Translations under genes and position numbers: made by a program
Part shown: positions 9,561 to 17,989 of the stretch, piece after piece
How positions within the stretch are numbered: position 1 is the stretch's first letter
Layout of the letters: every line of letters begins with the position of its first letter
The notes under the pieces: model-generated
What the model saw: only the letters and a program-made list of their open reading frames with translations
Databases searched by the model: none
What the model was told of the DNA's origin: nothing
Assembly: GCA_021371895.1 (NCBI GenBank)
Contig: JAJFVI010000142.1
Coordinates: 1-47,673, forward strand
DNA: 47,673 nucleotides
Origin: Eubacteriales bacterium
Lineage (GTDB): Bacteria > Bacillota > Clostridia > Christensenellales > Aristaeellaceae
Reading direction: 5' to 3'

Positions 9561-10739
9561 TTAATGGTGGAACAGCCGTAGCCCCGTAAACGCCATAGTG
9601 ACGCCGTAACGGTCGCACGCGTCGATGACCTCCGGGTCGCGCTTGCTCCCGCCGGGCTCGGCGATATAGGCGACGCCGCTTTGCACCGCGCGATCGATGT
9701 TGTCGCTGAAGGGGAAGAACGCGTCGCTGCCGAGGCTTACGCCGGTTAGCTGCTTTAGCCATGCCTTCTTCTCCGCAGCGGTCAGTTCTTCGGGTCGGTG
9801 GCTGAAAAGCGTTTGCCAGCGGCCGTCGCTGAGCACGGTTTCCTCCGCCTCGTTGCTGATGAAGCGATCGATGGCGTTATCCCGGTCGGGATTTTTAATG
9901 CCGGGGAGGAACGGGAGCGCCAGCGTTTTTTTGTGCTGCCGCAGCCACCAGTTATCGGCCTTGTCTCCCGCCAGCCGCGTGCAGTGGATGCGGCTCTGCT
10001 GCCCGGCCCCGATGCCGATGCATTGCCCGTCCTTAACGTAGCACACGGAGTTGGATTGCGTGTATTTCAGCGCGATCATCGCCACCGCCAGATCGTGTTT
10101 GGCAAAATCGGGCAGGACGTTGTTTTGGGTGACCACGTTGGCAAAAAAGCCGTCGTCGATCACCAGATCGTTACGGTTCTGCTCGAAGGTGATGCCGAAA
10201 ACCTCCTTGCGTTCCAGCTTGGGCGGCTCGTATGCCGGGTCGATGCGCACAATGTTGTAGTTGCCCTGCCGCTTGGCTTTCAGGATGGCGAGCGCCTCCG
10301 GCGTATAATCCGGGGCGATGATGCCGTCGCTCACTTCGGGCTTGATCAGCAGGGCGGTTGGCACGTCGCAGGGGTCGGAGAGGCTGATCCAGTCCCCGAA
10401 GCTGCTCATGCGATCGGCGCCACGTGCACGGGCATAGGCGCAAGCCAGCGGTGAAAGCGCCGCTTCGGCAGGCACGAAGTAGATTTGCCGGAGTGTGTCG
10501 GAAAGCGGCAGGCCCAGCGCCGCGCCGGCGGGGCTGACGTGCTTAAACGATGCCGCCGCCGCAAGCCCGGTGGCGCGCTTTAATTCCCGCACTAGCTGCC
10601 AGCCGTTGAGCGCGTCCAGAAAGTTGATATAGCCCGGCTTGCCGTTAAGCACGGTCAGCGGCAGAGCGCCGGTCTGCGCGAAAATCCGCGCGGGCTTCTG
10701 GTTGGGGTTGCAGCCGTATTTCAGTTCCAGTTCTTCCAT
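9561..10739 (-). CDS. purH: AICAR formyltransferase (PurH AICARFT domain only, no MGS-like IMP cyclohydrolase domain)
   Basis: 392 aa starting MEELELKYGCNPNQ, which is the start of the AICARFT domain. The C-terminal ...GGSKRDPEVIDACDRYGVTMAFTGLRLFHH is PurH-like. It lacks the roughly 200-aa N-terminal domain of bifunctional PurH. Confidence 0.88.
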   Translation of the reverse strand: MEELELKYGCNPNQKPARIFAQTGALPLTVLNGKPGYINFLDALNGWQLVRELKRATGLAAAASFKHVSPAGAALGLPLSDTLRQIYFVPAEAALSPLACAYARARGADRMSSFGDWISLSDPCDVPTALLIKPEVSDGIIAPDYTPEALAILKAKRQGNYNIVRIDPAYEPPKLERKEVFGITFEQNRNDLVIDDGFFANVVTQNNVLPDFAKHDLAVAMIALKYTQSNSVCYVKDGQCIGIGAGQQSRIHCTRLAGDKADNWWLRQHKKTLALPFLPGIKNPDRDNAIDRFISNEAEETVLSDGRWQTLFSHRPEELTAAEKKAWLKQLTGVSLGSDAFFPFSDNIDRAVQSGVAYIAEPGGSKRDPEVIDACDRYGVTMAFTGLRLFHH

Positions 10740-10754
10740 GATGCCGGTGCCTCC

Positions 10755-11474
10755 TTAGTTTCGCTGGTTGAGAATGCGGGTCACGGTATATCCCGAGATC
10801 AGCTCCACGGTTCGTACGAACAGGCTCACCTTGTTTTGCATATCCAGCGCGTTCCAAAGCCCCGTGGCGAATGCGTCGATATCCGCGCAATCCACCGTTA
10901 CGCGTATGGGCTCTCCCGCAAAGCTGGGCAGGGGATTGCCGTCGCTCGCGTAGGTGTGAATCAAATGCCCCTCGCCTGCACGGGGCTCGGGATACTCGAA
11001 AAAGAAGCGCTGAGCGCTGTCCGCCATACCGCCGTCGCTTTTGAGAATGGAAAGGCGGTAGCTCATGCGGCCGTCGCCCGCCGTAAGGAGCCCCGATATA
11101 CGCGGGGTGTAGTTGGGCGCGTCCGGCTCGAAGGTGCGCGTTCGCAGCGCGTCCTCAAAACTCCGACCCGACAGCAGAAATTCCGCGACGGTATCGGTCT
11201 GATCACCGTTGGTGACGATGGTCACGTTCCCGCCCAGCGTGCGCACCGGTGTGTAGATGATGAGGCTGGGATCGGTCATCAGGGAAGGATCATGCGCCTC
11301 GGTGATGATGCCGTCCTCCGTGGGGGTAAAAACGCGGTTGCGGCTGTTTTCGCTGCGCCCCATAATGAAATACGCAATCACCGCGCTCATGCCGTCGGCG
11401 CTGCGCCCCAGCAGTATTCCGCGTCCCGGATAACGATTGTGCGCGAGCAGATCGTTTACATCCATCAGTTTCAT
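10755..11474 (-). CDS. IMP cyclohydrolase, PurO-like (archaeal-type) family
   Basis: 239 aa. NRYPGRGILLGRS...AYFIMGRSENSRNR resembles the IMP_cyclohyd (PurO) family. It sits directly upstream of the truncated purH, which fits a split final step. Confidence 0.75.
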   Translation of the reverse strand: MKLMDVNDLLAHNRYPGRGILLGRSADGMSAVIAYFIMGRSENSRNRVFTPTEDGIITEAHDPSLMTDPSLIIYTPVRTLGGNVTIVTNGDQTDTVAEFLLSGRSFEDALRTRTFEPDAPNYTPRISGLLTAGDGRMSYRLSILKSDGGMADSAQRFFFEYPEPRAGEGHLIHTYASDGNPLPSFAGEPIRVTVDCADIDAFATGLWNALDMQNKVSLFVRTVELISGYTVTRILNQRN

Positions 11475-11622
11475 GTTGCCGTTCCTCCCTTGCGGTATTT
11501 GCCATAGGAACGTTTTCCTCCGGCTCCGTTTATCATATCACGTTTGGCGTACCGTGGCAGAGGAGCAGCAATGTTTGTTACGAATGAGGTACGAACGTGC
11601 GCCCGTCCTTACCCTATCCGCC

Positions 11623-11762
11623 TTATCTCTCGGTCGCCATTCAACCAGCAAGGTTCCCGTCCCGTTCTATCAACTTTATCTCTCTGTCGCCATTCAACCG
11701 GCAAGGTTCCCGTCTCGCCCCGTCCGTCTATTTTCCCATCGCCTTGAAACCAGCAGGCGGGA
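11623..11762. repeat. Tandem direct repeat, 53-nt period (two good copies and one degenerate copy)
   Basis: TTATCTCTCGGTCGCCATTCAACCAGCAAGGTTCCCGTCCCG (11623-11664) and TTATCTCTCTGTCGCCATTCAACCGGCAAGGTTCCCGTCTCG (11676-11717) match at 39 of 42 positions. A weaker third copy lies around 11729-11762. Confidence 0.75.
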
Positions 11763-11792
11763 AGCGTGATGGGGTCGCTAGCAGGATGGACA

Positions 11793-11945
11793 GGCTTGTC
11801 GGTCGGACGTACCGCGTGTACACACGCCCGAAGGGCGGGTGGGCAGTTGCGGTACGAACGGACGACTATCCTGTACTCAAAGAGCGATCCCTCACGCTCA
11901 GCCCGCCGTGTAGAAAGGCGACCCCGAAGGGTGCAGGCGCGAGCG
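11793..11945. repeat. Intergenic repeat module X, copy B
   Basis: See copy A. The stem here is CGTACCGC (11808-11815) pairing with GCGGTACG (11849-11856). The stem sequence differs from copy A but sits at the same position between conserved flanks. Confidence 0.7.
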
Positions 11946-12012
11946 CAAGTTCCAGTCGCTCAGTCGCCGCGGACAGCGCTGCCGCTGGCCCGCTCGCTTC
12001 GCTCCTCACCTG

Positions 12013-12100
12013 CGGGTCGCTCACAGCTGCGCCGTGGTGCCCACAGGGCACACGCTTCCCTCCTGTGCCCTTTGGTGCGCTCCGCAGGGCGCATCCCCCG
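12013..12100. repeat. Intergenic repeat module Y, copy B
   Basis: CGGGTCGCTCACAGCTGCGCCGTGGTGCCCACAGGGCACACGCTTCCCTCC, followed by GGCGCATCC, which is also present after copy A. Confidence 0.7.
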
Positions 12101-12107
12101 CTCCCCT

Positions 12108-12713
12108 TTATTTCGCCGCGGCGAGCAAACCCGCCGCTTGCCGCTCGACTTCGAGCGGCAACAGCACCCACTCCGCTTCCTCCATCACACTCTTTTGCAG
12201 CATTTCGGGCGTGTCGCCTTCCAGCACCGCGACCGCCTTTTGTGCCAGAATGCGACCACCGTCCGGAATTTCGTTGACCAGATGCACGGTCGCGCCCGTC
12301 AGCTTCACACCTCGCGCGAGCGCAGCCCTATGCACCCGAAGCCCGTAGTACCCCTCCCCGCAAAAGGCTGGAATCAGGCTGGGATGGACATTCAGGATGC
12401 GGTCACGATAGGCGGCAATTACGTTGGGCGCGAGGATGAGCAGGAACCCCGCCAACACGATCAGCCGAATGTTCCGTTCCCGCAGGATGGCCAGCAGCCT
12501 TTCACCGTAGGCTTCGGGTGTTTCGCCCCCGTGCTTTTCCACCACAATGGCCGTTGCCCCATGCTCCCGTGCCCGCGTCAGCGCGTAAACGTCCGGTTTG
12601 TTGCTCACCACCAGCGCGATGCGCCCGCTGTGCAATAACCCGCTTTGCTGCGCGTCCAGCAAAGCCTGCAGGTTGGTGCCCCCACCGCTTACCAGCACGG
12701 CGATGTTCAGCAC
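12108..12713 (-). CDS. purN: Phosphoribosylglycinamide formyltransferase PurN
   Basis: 201 aa. [21 protein letters not shown] and NVHPSLIP are canonical PurN motifs. Confidence 0.92.
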   Translation of the reverse strand: MLNIAVLVSGGGTNLQALLDAQQSGLLHSGRIALVVSNKPDVYALTRAREHGATAIVVEKHGGETPEAYGERLLAILRERNIRLIVLAGFLLILAPNVIAAYRDRILNVHPSLIPAFCGEGYYGLRVHRAALARGVKLTGATVHLVNEIPDGGRILAQKAVAVLEGDTPEMLQKSVMEEAEWVLLPLEVERQAAGLLAAAK

Positions 12714-13747
12714 AGCGTTACGCCCTCCCTGCCCGGCGTCACTTCGCCCAGCACGTAGGCGTCCACGCCACTGGCCCTTAGCACGCTTAGGGCCGTATCC
12801 GCCTGTGCGGCGGGCACCACGGCGGTCATGCCCACACCCATGTTGAAGGTGTTAAACATGTCTCGTTCGGGGATACTGCCCGCGCGGGCGATGAGGCCGA
12901 AAATCGGCGGCGTACGCACAGCGGTGCGCTCAAGCCTTACCCCGAAGCCCTCTCCGAGCGAGCGGGGAATGTTTTCGTAAAAGCCGCCGCCTGTAATGTG
13001 CGAAAGCGAACGTACGTCCACCTTCTCCATCAGCGCGAGTACAGGTTTCACGTAGATGCGCGTGGGTGTGAGCAGCGTTTCGCCGACTGTTGCGTCGCCA
13101 AGTTCCGGCGGTTTCGCGTCCAGTCCGCCCGCCTCCGCGCCCAGCGCCTTGCGCACCAAGGAGAAACCGTTGGAATGCACACCGGAGGAGGGCAGGGCGA
13201 TGACCACGTCGCCCGCGCGCATGGCGGATTTATCAAGGATTTTTTCTTTTTCTACCGCGCCCACGGCGAACCCCGCCAGGTCGTACTCATCTTCGGGGTA
13301 AAAGCCCGGCATTTCGGCGGTTTCGCCGCCTACCAGCGCACAGCCTGCCTGCACGCAGCCCTCCGCAACACCGGCGACGAGGGAGGCGATCTTCTCCGGC
13401 ACGTTTTTACCGCAGGCGATGTAATCCAAAAAGATAAGCGGTTTCGCGCCGCAGCAGATCACATCGTTGACGCACATGGCCACACAGTCGATGCCGACGG
13501 TGTCGTGCTTATCCAGCAGCATGGCGATACGCAGCTTGGTGCCTACGCCGTCGGTGCCCGCGACCAGCACGGGATGCCGGTAGCCCGTCATATCCAGCTC
13601 AAACAGCCCGCCGAAGCCGCCCACATCCCCCAGCACGCCGGGAACCATGGTGCGGGCGATATGCTTTCTCATCAACTCTACAGCCCGGTATCCGGCGGTT
13701 ATATCCACGCCGGCAGCCTTGTAGCTTTCACTTTCGCTCCGGGTCAC
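12707..13747 (-). CDS. purM: Phosphoribosylformylglycinamidine cyclo-ligase (AIR synthetase) PurM
   Basis: 346 aa. [17 protein letters not shown] and the AIRS N- and C-terminal domain pattern are present. Confidence 0.93.
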   Translation of the reverse strand: MTRSESESYKAAGVDITAGYRAVELMRKHIARTMVPGVLGDVGGFGGLFELDMTGYRHPVLVAGTDGVGTKLRIAMLLDKHDTVGIDCVAMCVNDVICCGAKPLIFLDYIACGKNVPEKIASLVAGVAEGCVQAGCALVGGETAEMPGFYPEDEYDLAGFAVGAVEKEKILDKSAMRAGDVVIALPSSGVHSNGFSLVRKALGAEAGGLDAKPPELGDATVGETLLTPTRIYVKPVLALMEKVDVRSLSHITGGGFYENIPRSLGEGFGVRLERTAVRTPPIFGLIARAGSIPERDMFNTFNMGVGMTAVVPAAQADTALSVLRASGVDAYVLGEVTPGREGVTLC

Positions 13748-15192
13748 AGGGCGACCTCCTTTTCAGCCTCGGGCTGGGACATGAAGATTTCAAACTTGTT
13801 TTTCGCGGCTTCCTGGGGCGGCGCTACGGGATAGACGCCCGTGAAGCAGCCCTTGCAAAAGCCGCAGGTGCTGTGGTCGGCAAGCTTATCCAAACATTCT
13901 ACCGGCAGGTAGCCCAAGCTGTCCGCGCCGATCAACTCCCGGATTTCCTCCACGCTGTGGTTGGCGGCAATCAGGTTATCGGTGGAATCGATATCCGTGC
14001 CGAAATAGCAAGGGTGGCGGAACGGCGGCGAGCTGAGCCGCATGTGTACCTCTCTGGCGCCCGCCTCCCGCAGCAGGCTTACGATGCGCGCGCTGGTTGT
14101 GCCGCGCACGATGGAATCGTCGATCAGCACCACGCGCTTATCCTTTACCGTCGCGCCTATCACGTTGAGCTTGATGCGCACGGCGTTCTGTCGCGCCGTC
14201 TGCCCCGGCTGGATAAACGTGCGACCCACATAACGGTTTTTAATAAAGCCCACTCCGTAGGGAATGCCGCTTTGCCGGGCGTAGCCGATGGCCGCGTCGA
14301 TGCCGCTGTCCGGAACGCCGATCACCACATCCGCCTGCACGGGATGCTCCAGCGCCAGAAACGAACCCGCGCGAAGCCGGGCGGTGTGTACGGCGCTGCC
14401 GTCGATTACGCTGTCCGGACGGGCGAAATAGATAAACTCAAACACACACAGGGTGCTGTCGCATTTCTCATTGAGGGTCAAGGTTCGCACGCCGTCGTTG
14501 TCCGCCACCACCACTTCGCCGGGGTGTACGTCGCGGACGAACGTCGCGCCGATGGCGTCCAGCGCGCAGCTCTCGCTGGCGAATACCGTGCCTCCATTGG
14601 GGAGCGATCCCATGCACAGCGGCCGAAACCCGTGTGGGTCGCGCGCGGCGATCAGCTTTTGCGGGCTTACGAGCACCAGCGAATATGCGCCCTTGATGCG
14701 CCGCATCGTGCCCAACACCGCCTGCTCAATGCTGGTGGCCTTCAGGCGCTCCTGAGTAACGGTATAGGCGATCACCTCGCTGTCGCTGGTGGTGTGGAAA
14801 ATGGCCCCGTTCAATTCCAACTTCTCGCGCAGTTCCCCTGCGTTGACCAGATTACCGTTATGGCACAGCGCCATGCCGCCCTTTAAGTGGTTGACCAGCA
14901 GGGGCTGGGCGTTATCCCGGTTGCGGACGCCGGTGGTGCCATAGCGGCAATGCCCCACGGCGATGGAGCCTTCAGGAAGCTTTTCCAGCACCTCGCGGGT
15001 GAACACATCGCCCACCAGCCCAACATCCTTATAGCAGGAGATGATGCCTTTGCTGTTGACGGCCACGCCGCAGCTTTCCTGCCCGCGGTGCTGCAAAGCG
15101 TAAAGTGCGTGGTAGGCCGGGCCTACAACGCCCGTCTGTCCGTCGGGGAGGAACACGCCGAATACGCCGCATTCCTCATGTAAACTGCTCAT
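13744..15192 (-). CDS. purF: Amidophosphoribosyltransferase PurF
   Basis: 482 aa. It has the N-terminal ...[10 protein letters not shown] Ntn nucleophile context, the PRTase motif [13 protein letters not shown], and C-terminal Cys residues consistent with an Fe-S type enzyme. Confidence 0.93.
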   Translation of the reverse strand: MSSLHEECGVFGVFLPDGQTGVVGPAYHALYALQHRGQESCGVAVNSKGIISCYKDVGLVGDVFTREVLEKLPEGSIAVGHCRYGTTGVRNRDNAQPLLVNHLKGGMALCHNGNLVNAGELREKLELNGAIFHTTSDSEVIAYTVTQERLKATSIEQAVLGTMRRIKGAYSLVLVSPQKLIAARDPHGFRPLCMGSLPNGGTVFASESCALDAIGATFVRDVHPGEVVVADNDGVRTLTLNEKCDSTLCVFEFIYFARPDSVIDGSAVHTARLRAGSFLALEHPVQADVVIGVPDSGIDAAIGYARQSGIPYGVGFIKNRYVGRTFIQPGQTARQNAVRIKLNVIGATVKDKRVVLIDDSIVRGTTSARIVSLLREAGAREVHMRLSSPPFRHPCYFGTDIDSTDNLIAANHSVEEIRELIGADSLGYLPVECLDKLADHSTCGFCKGCFTGVYPVAPPQEAAKNKFEIFMSQPEAEKEVAL

Positions 15193-15337
15193 AAAGGGTT
15201 TCCTTTCAGGGAACTTCGGGTAAAACGAAAGCTGGTTGGCGATCTAGCGATTATCCCTTACCTGTTACTTAGCTTTATTATGCGAAAATAGCCGCATCAA
15301 TCTTAACCAATACCCCAGGGGATGGTTGGGAGGCGAC

Positions 15338-15388
15338 GAAGGGAAGCGTGCGTCCTGTGGACGCACGCCGAAGGCGAAAGCGACCCGG
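15338..15388. repeat. Intergenic repeat module Y, copy C (reverse orientation)
   Basis: GAAGGGAAGCG-TGCGTCCTGTGGACGCA-...-GCGACCCGG is the reverse complement of the module Y pattern CGGGTCGC...GTGCCCACAGRGCAC...CGCTTCCC. The hairpin lies at 15349-15365. Confidence 0.55.
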
Positions 15389-15478
15389 AGTCGGAGAGCG
15401 AAGCGAACCGGCAAACGACAGTGAAGCTGGTGACGACTGAGCTCTCGGATGTTCTCAATCCCCTTCCCACATCGAGCG

Positions 15479-16189
15479 TTATTCGCCCAATAATCTCTTT
15501 AAAATCTCATGGTACGCGTCCTCCACGCCACCCAAATCGCGGCGGAAACGATCTTTATCCAGCTTTTCGTGGGTGGTCGCATCCCAGAAACGGCAGGTGT
15601 CGGGGCTGATCTCGTCCGCAAGCACGATGGTTCCGTCCGCCAGGCGGCCAAACTCCAGCTTGAAATCGATCAGCTCAATGTTCAGGTCTTTGAAATAATC
15701 CATCAGCACCTGATTGACCTTCAAAGCGTAATTGCTGATGGTTTCCATTTCTTTGTCGGTCGCCCAGCCCATGGCGGCGATGTGGTACTGGTTCACCATG
15801 GGGTCGCCCAGCGCATCGTCCTTATAGCAAAACTCAAGTACGGTTTTAGCCATGGGCGTGCCTTCCGGAAGCCCCAGACGCTTGGAAAGGCTGCCCGCGG
15901 CCACATTGCGCACAATAACTTCCAAAGGCACGATCTGCACCTTTTTCACCAGCGTTTCCCGCGGGGAAAGCTCCTGCACAAGGTGTGTGGGTACGCCGTT
16001 TTGTTCCAGCAGCCGCATCAGGTGGTTGGTGACGCGGTTGTTGATGACGCCCTTGCCTTCAATGGTGCCTTTTTTGAGGCCGTTGAAGGCGGTTGCGTCG
16101 TCCTTGTAATCCACCAGCACGAGGGTCGGATCGTCGGTCGCATAGACTTTTTTGGCCTTGCCTTCGTAGAGCTGTTCACGCTTTTCCAT
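15479..16189 (-). CDS. purC: SAICAR synthetase PurC
   Basis: [21 protein letters not shown] is the classic PurC N-terminus. The ATG at 16189 is preceded by AGGAGG. The ORF-track start at 16219 adds 10 aa and is less likely. Confidence 0.92.
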   Translation of the reverse strand: MEKREQLYEGKAKKVYATDDPTLVLVDYKDDATAFNGLKKGTIEGKGVINNRVTNHLMRLLEQNGVPTHLVQELSPRETLVKKVQIVPLEVIVRNVAAGSLSKRLGLPEGTPMAKTVLEFCYKDDALGDPMVNQYHIAAMGWATDKEMETISNYALKVNQVLMDYFKDLNIELIDFKLEFGRLADGTIVLADEISPDTCRFWDATTHEKLDKDRFRRDLGGVEDAYHEILKRLLGE

Positions 16190-16243
16190 GGGGTTGCCTC
16201 CTGTTTTTACGTTTTTCAATATGGAAAGCTCGCTGCGGCTTGG

Positions 16244-16729
16244 CTATTCCACAACGAGCTTACGGTCTTTCTCCAGCGTTTTCAGACGTGTTTCTTCCCG
16301 CGCGATCAGCAGCTTCGCCGCGAGATCCGCATCCGAAACGGCGATGATCTGCGCGGCCAGAATCGCCGCGTTGGCCGCGCCGTCGATGGCGACGGTGGCT
16401 ACGGGAATGCCCGCGGGCATCTGCACGGTGGACAGCAAAGCGTCCAACCCATCCAGCGTGGAGGATTTCACCGGGATGCCGATGACGGGGAGCACTGTGC
16501 GTGCCGCCAGCGCACCCGCAAGGTGTGCCGCCTTACCCGCCGCGGCGATGAGTACGCCAAAGCCGTTGCCCGCAGCCTGTGTGGCAAAAGCGGCCGCTTC
16601 GTCAGGCGTGCGATGTGCGCTGAAAATGTGCGCTTCAAAGGGGATACCGAATGCCTTGAGGTGGTCAAAACAGGGTTTAAGGACGGACAAATCACTATCG
16701 CTTCCCATGATAACGGCGACCTTTTTCAC
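16244..16729 (-). CDS. purE: 5-(carboxyamino)imidazole ribonucleotide mutase PurE
   Basis: 161 aa. KVAVIMGSDSD and SAHRTPD motifs are present. It uses a GTG start at 16729 with AAAGGAG upstream. Confidence 0.92.
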   Translation of the reverse strand: MKKVAVIMGSDSDLSVLKPCFDHLKAFGIPFEAHIFSAHRTPDEAAAFATQAAGNGFGVLIAAAGKAAHLAGALAARTVLPVIGIPVKSSTLDGLDALLSTVQMPAGIPVATVAIDGAANAAILAAQIIAVSDADLAAKLLIAREETRLKTLEKDRKLVVE

Positions 16730-16889
16730 GTCTTGGCGGCTCCTTTCAGGTTCTGGTGGCGTTAACCGCTGTTCGGGTCATTCGTTCGGGTTTATTGCGA
16801 AACAGGATAGCCTTGATCGTATCGGAAAAAGCTGAATAACTAGCTGAATAAAAGCATTACACCGTTTACCCGGTATCCGAGCCCTCCTG

Positions 16890-16918
16890 ATTATATCGGA
16901 TGCGTTGGAGGATGTCAA
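16890..16918 (-). promoter_or_regulatory. Consensus sigma-A promoter of the pur operon
   Basis: The minus strand reads TTGACA (16918-16913), then a 17-nt spacer, then TATAAT (16895-16890). Both hexamers are perfect. The promoter lies about 160 nt upstream of the purE GTG. Confidence 0.7.
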
Positions 16919-16922
16919 TCGA

Positions 16923-16935
16923 ATAACCGAACATT
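16923..16935. promoter_or_regulatory. PurBox-like site (candidate PurR operator)
   Basis: ATAACCGAACATT matches the Bacillus PurBox consensus AWWWCCGAACWWT at 13 of 13 positions and lies just upstream of the -35. No convincing inverted partner box was found. Extra CCCGAAC cores occur in the leader at about 16766-16795. Confidence 0.4.
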
Positions 16936-16987
16936 AGCAAACGAATATTTGTTTTTGTATGGTATATTCTGTACGGGCCTTCCCAAC

Positions 16988-17030
16988 AAAACGCCGCCAC
17001 GAAACGGTGGGCGTTTCGCGGCGGCGTTTT
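16988..17030. terminator. Bidirectional rho-independent terminator (ends the nitroreductase gene and insulates the pur promoter)
   Basis: AAAACGCCGCCACGAAACG-GTGGG-CGTTTCGCGGCGGCGTTTT forms a 19-bp stem with one mismatch and a 5-nt loop. A and T runs flank it on both sides. Confidence 0.75.
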
Positions 17031-17036
17031 GATTTT

Positions 17037-17798
17037 CTATTCGCATTCAAGGGGTTGCGGGCTTTCTTCTGCCTCGGGCAGGAATGCTTGCAGGTAAGTC
17101 CCGACGGAGCGGTTCATCTCCGATGCGAAGTCGGAATGGTATTTGCGTTTGCAGAATGCCTGCATCCATTCCCGGTAAGGCTTCGCTGTATCCCCAGCCA
17201 GCATGCGTGCCGTTGCGTCCCCGTCCCGGCGGCAATAACGGTTTTCCTGCACGATACCGGCAAGCGGAGCGCGTTCCGGTTTGGGGCGGTTCAGCTGTTG
17301 CGCCGTCGGGTAGCCGAACACCAGCATTGCCGCCGGGAACACCTGCGGCGGCAGGCCGAGCAGCGAGCGGTGCTCCTCGCAGTTTTCCATGATGTCGCCG
17401 ATGTAGCAGGAACCCACGCCCATGCTCCACGCCGCCGTTACGGCGTTCTGCGCGGCGATCATCGCGTCCGAAACGGCAAGCATCAGGTCGCCGGGGCCCG
17501 GTGCGCGGGGCGAGCAGCCGCAGGCGGCGTAAGCGTCGTACCATTTGAGGGTGTCGGCGCAAAAAATCAACACCAGCGGCGCTTCGGCGATGAAGGGCTG
17601 GTGGTCGCAGGTTTCGGAGAGCCTTGTTTTCAGCGCCGGGTCGGTAATAGTCAGTACGGTGTACAGCTGTTGGTTTCCGGCGGTAGGCGCGTTCGAAGCG
17701 GCCAGCAGGATGTTCATTTTAACATCCTCCGGGATCGGATCGCGGGTATACGCGCGTACCGATTTGCGGGTGTACAGGCTTTCCAGCACGGTGTTCAT
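17037..17798 (-). CDS. Nitroreductase family protein
   Basis: MNTVLESLYTRKSVRAYT...NAPTAGNQQ is the typical nitroreductase N-terminus. The ATG at 17798 has a GAGGA-like RBS and a promoter upstream. The ORF-track start at 17933 would run across that promoter. Confidence 0.8.
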   Translation of the reverse strand: MNTVLESLYTRKSVRAYTRDPIPEDVKMNILLAASNAPTAGNQQLYTVLTITDPALKTRLSETCDHQPFIAEAPLVLIFCADTLKWYDAYAACGCSPRAPGPGDLMLAVSDAMIAAQNAVTAAWSMGVGSCYIGDIMENCEEHRSLLGLPPQVFPAAMLVFGYPTAQQLNRPKPERAPLAGIVQENRYCRRDGDATARMLAGDTAKPYREWMQAFCKRKYHSDFASEMNRSVGTYLQAFLPEAEESPQPLECE

Positions 17799-17853
17799 GG
17801 CATTTCCTCTTTTCTCGTCCCGCGGGTGCGGGCCTCCGGCGATGGGTAAGCCG

Positions 17854-17882
17854 ATTATACCAAAGCGGCTCGACCCCGTCAA
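17854..17882 (-). promoter_or_regulatory. Promoter of the nitroreductase gene
   Basis: The minus strand reads TTGACG (17882-17877), N17, then TGgTATAAT (extended -10, TATAAT at 17859-17854). Confidence 0.6.
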
Positions 17883-17989
17883 ACCCGCGGTTCCCGCATG
17901 GGTCATTCCCATAGGACAAAGAAGGGTTTTCATTCTCCGGCGTGGAAAGAAATACCGATTATGTATACAGGATCGTTCGGAGGCCGCAT

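Noticed and set aside
11623-11762. CRISPR-like array (repeated 42-nt units).
   Set aside because: There are only two good copies and one degenerate copy. The 'spacers' are just 11 nt, no cas genes are present, and the array is embedded in other mosaic repeats.
11590-12107. ORF-less group II intron. A GTGCG occurs at about 11597, the gap is about 600 nt, and there are GC-rich hairpins with stable tetraloops.
   Set aside because: I could find no domain V-like sequence (AGCCGTAT...ACGGTTC type) and no 3' AY end. The same modules recur in different orientations and combinations in other gaps, which fits mosaic repeats rather than an intron.
16850-16900. Possible purine riboswitch, because the minus strand reads GAUAUAAUCAGGAGGG..., resembling the UAUAAU J1/2 start of the guanine aptamer.
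   Set aside because: The TATAAT sits exactly 17 nt downstream of a perfect TTGACA, so it is the -10 box. The downstream sequence lacks the conserved UUUCUACC junction and the P2/P3 loop motifs.
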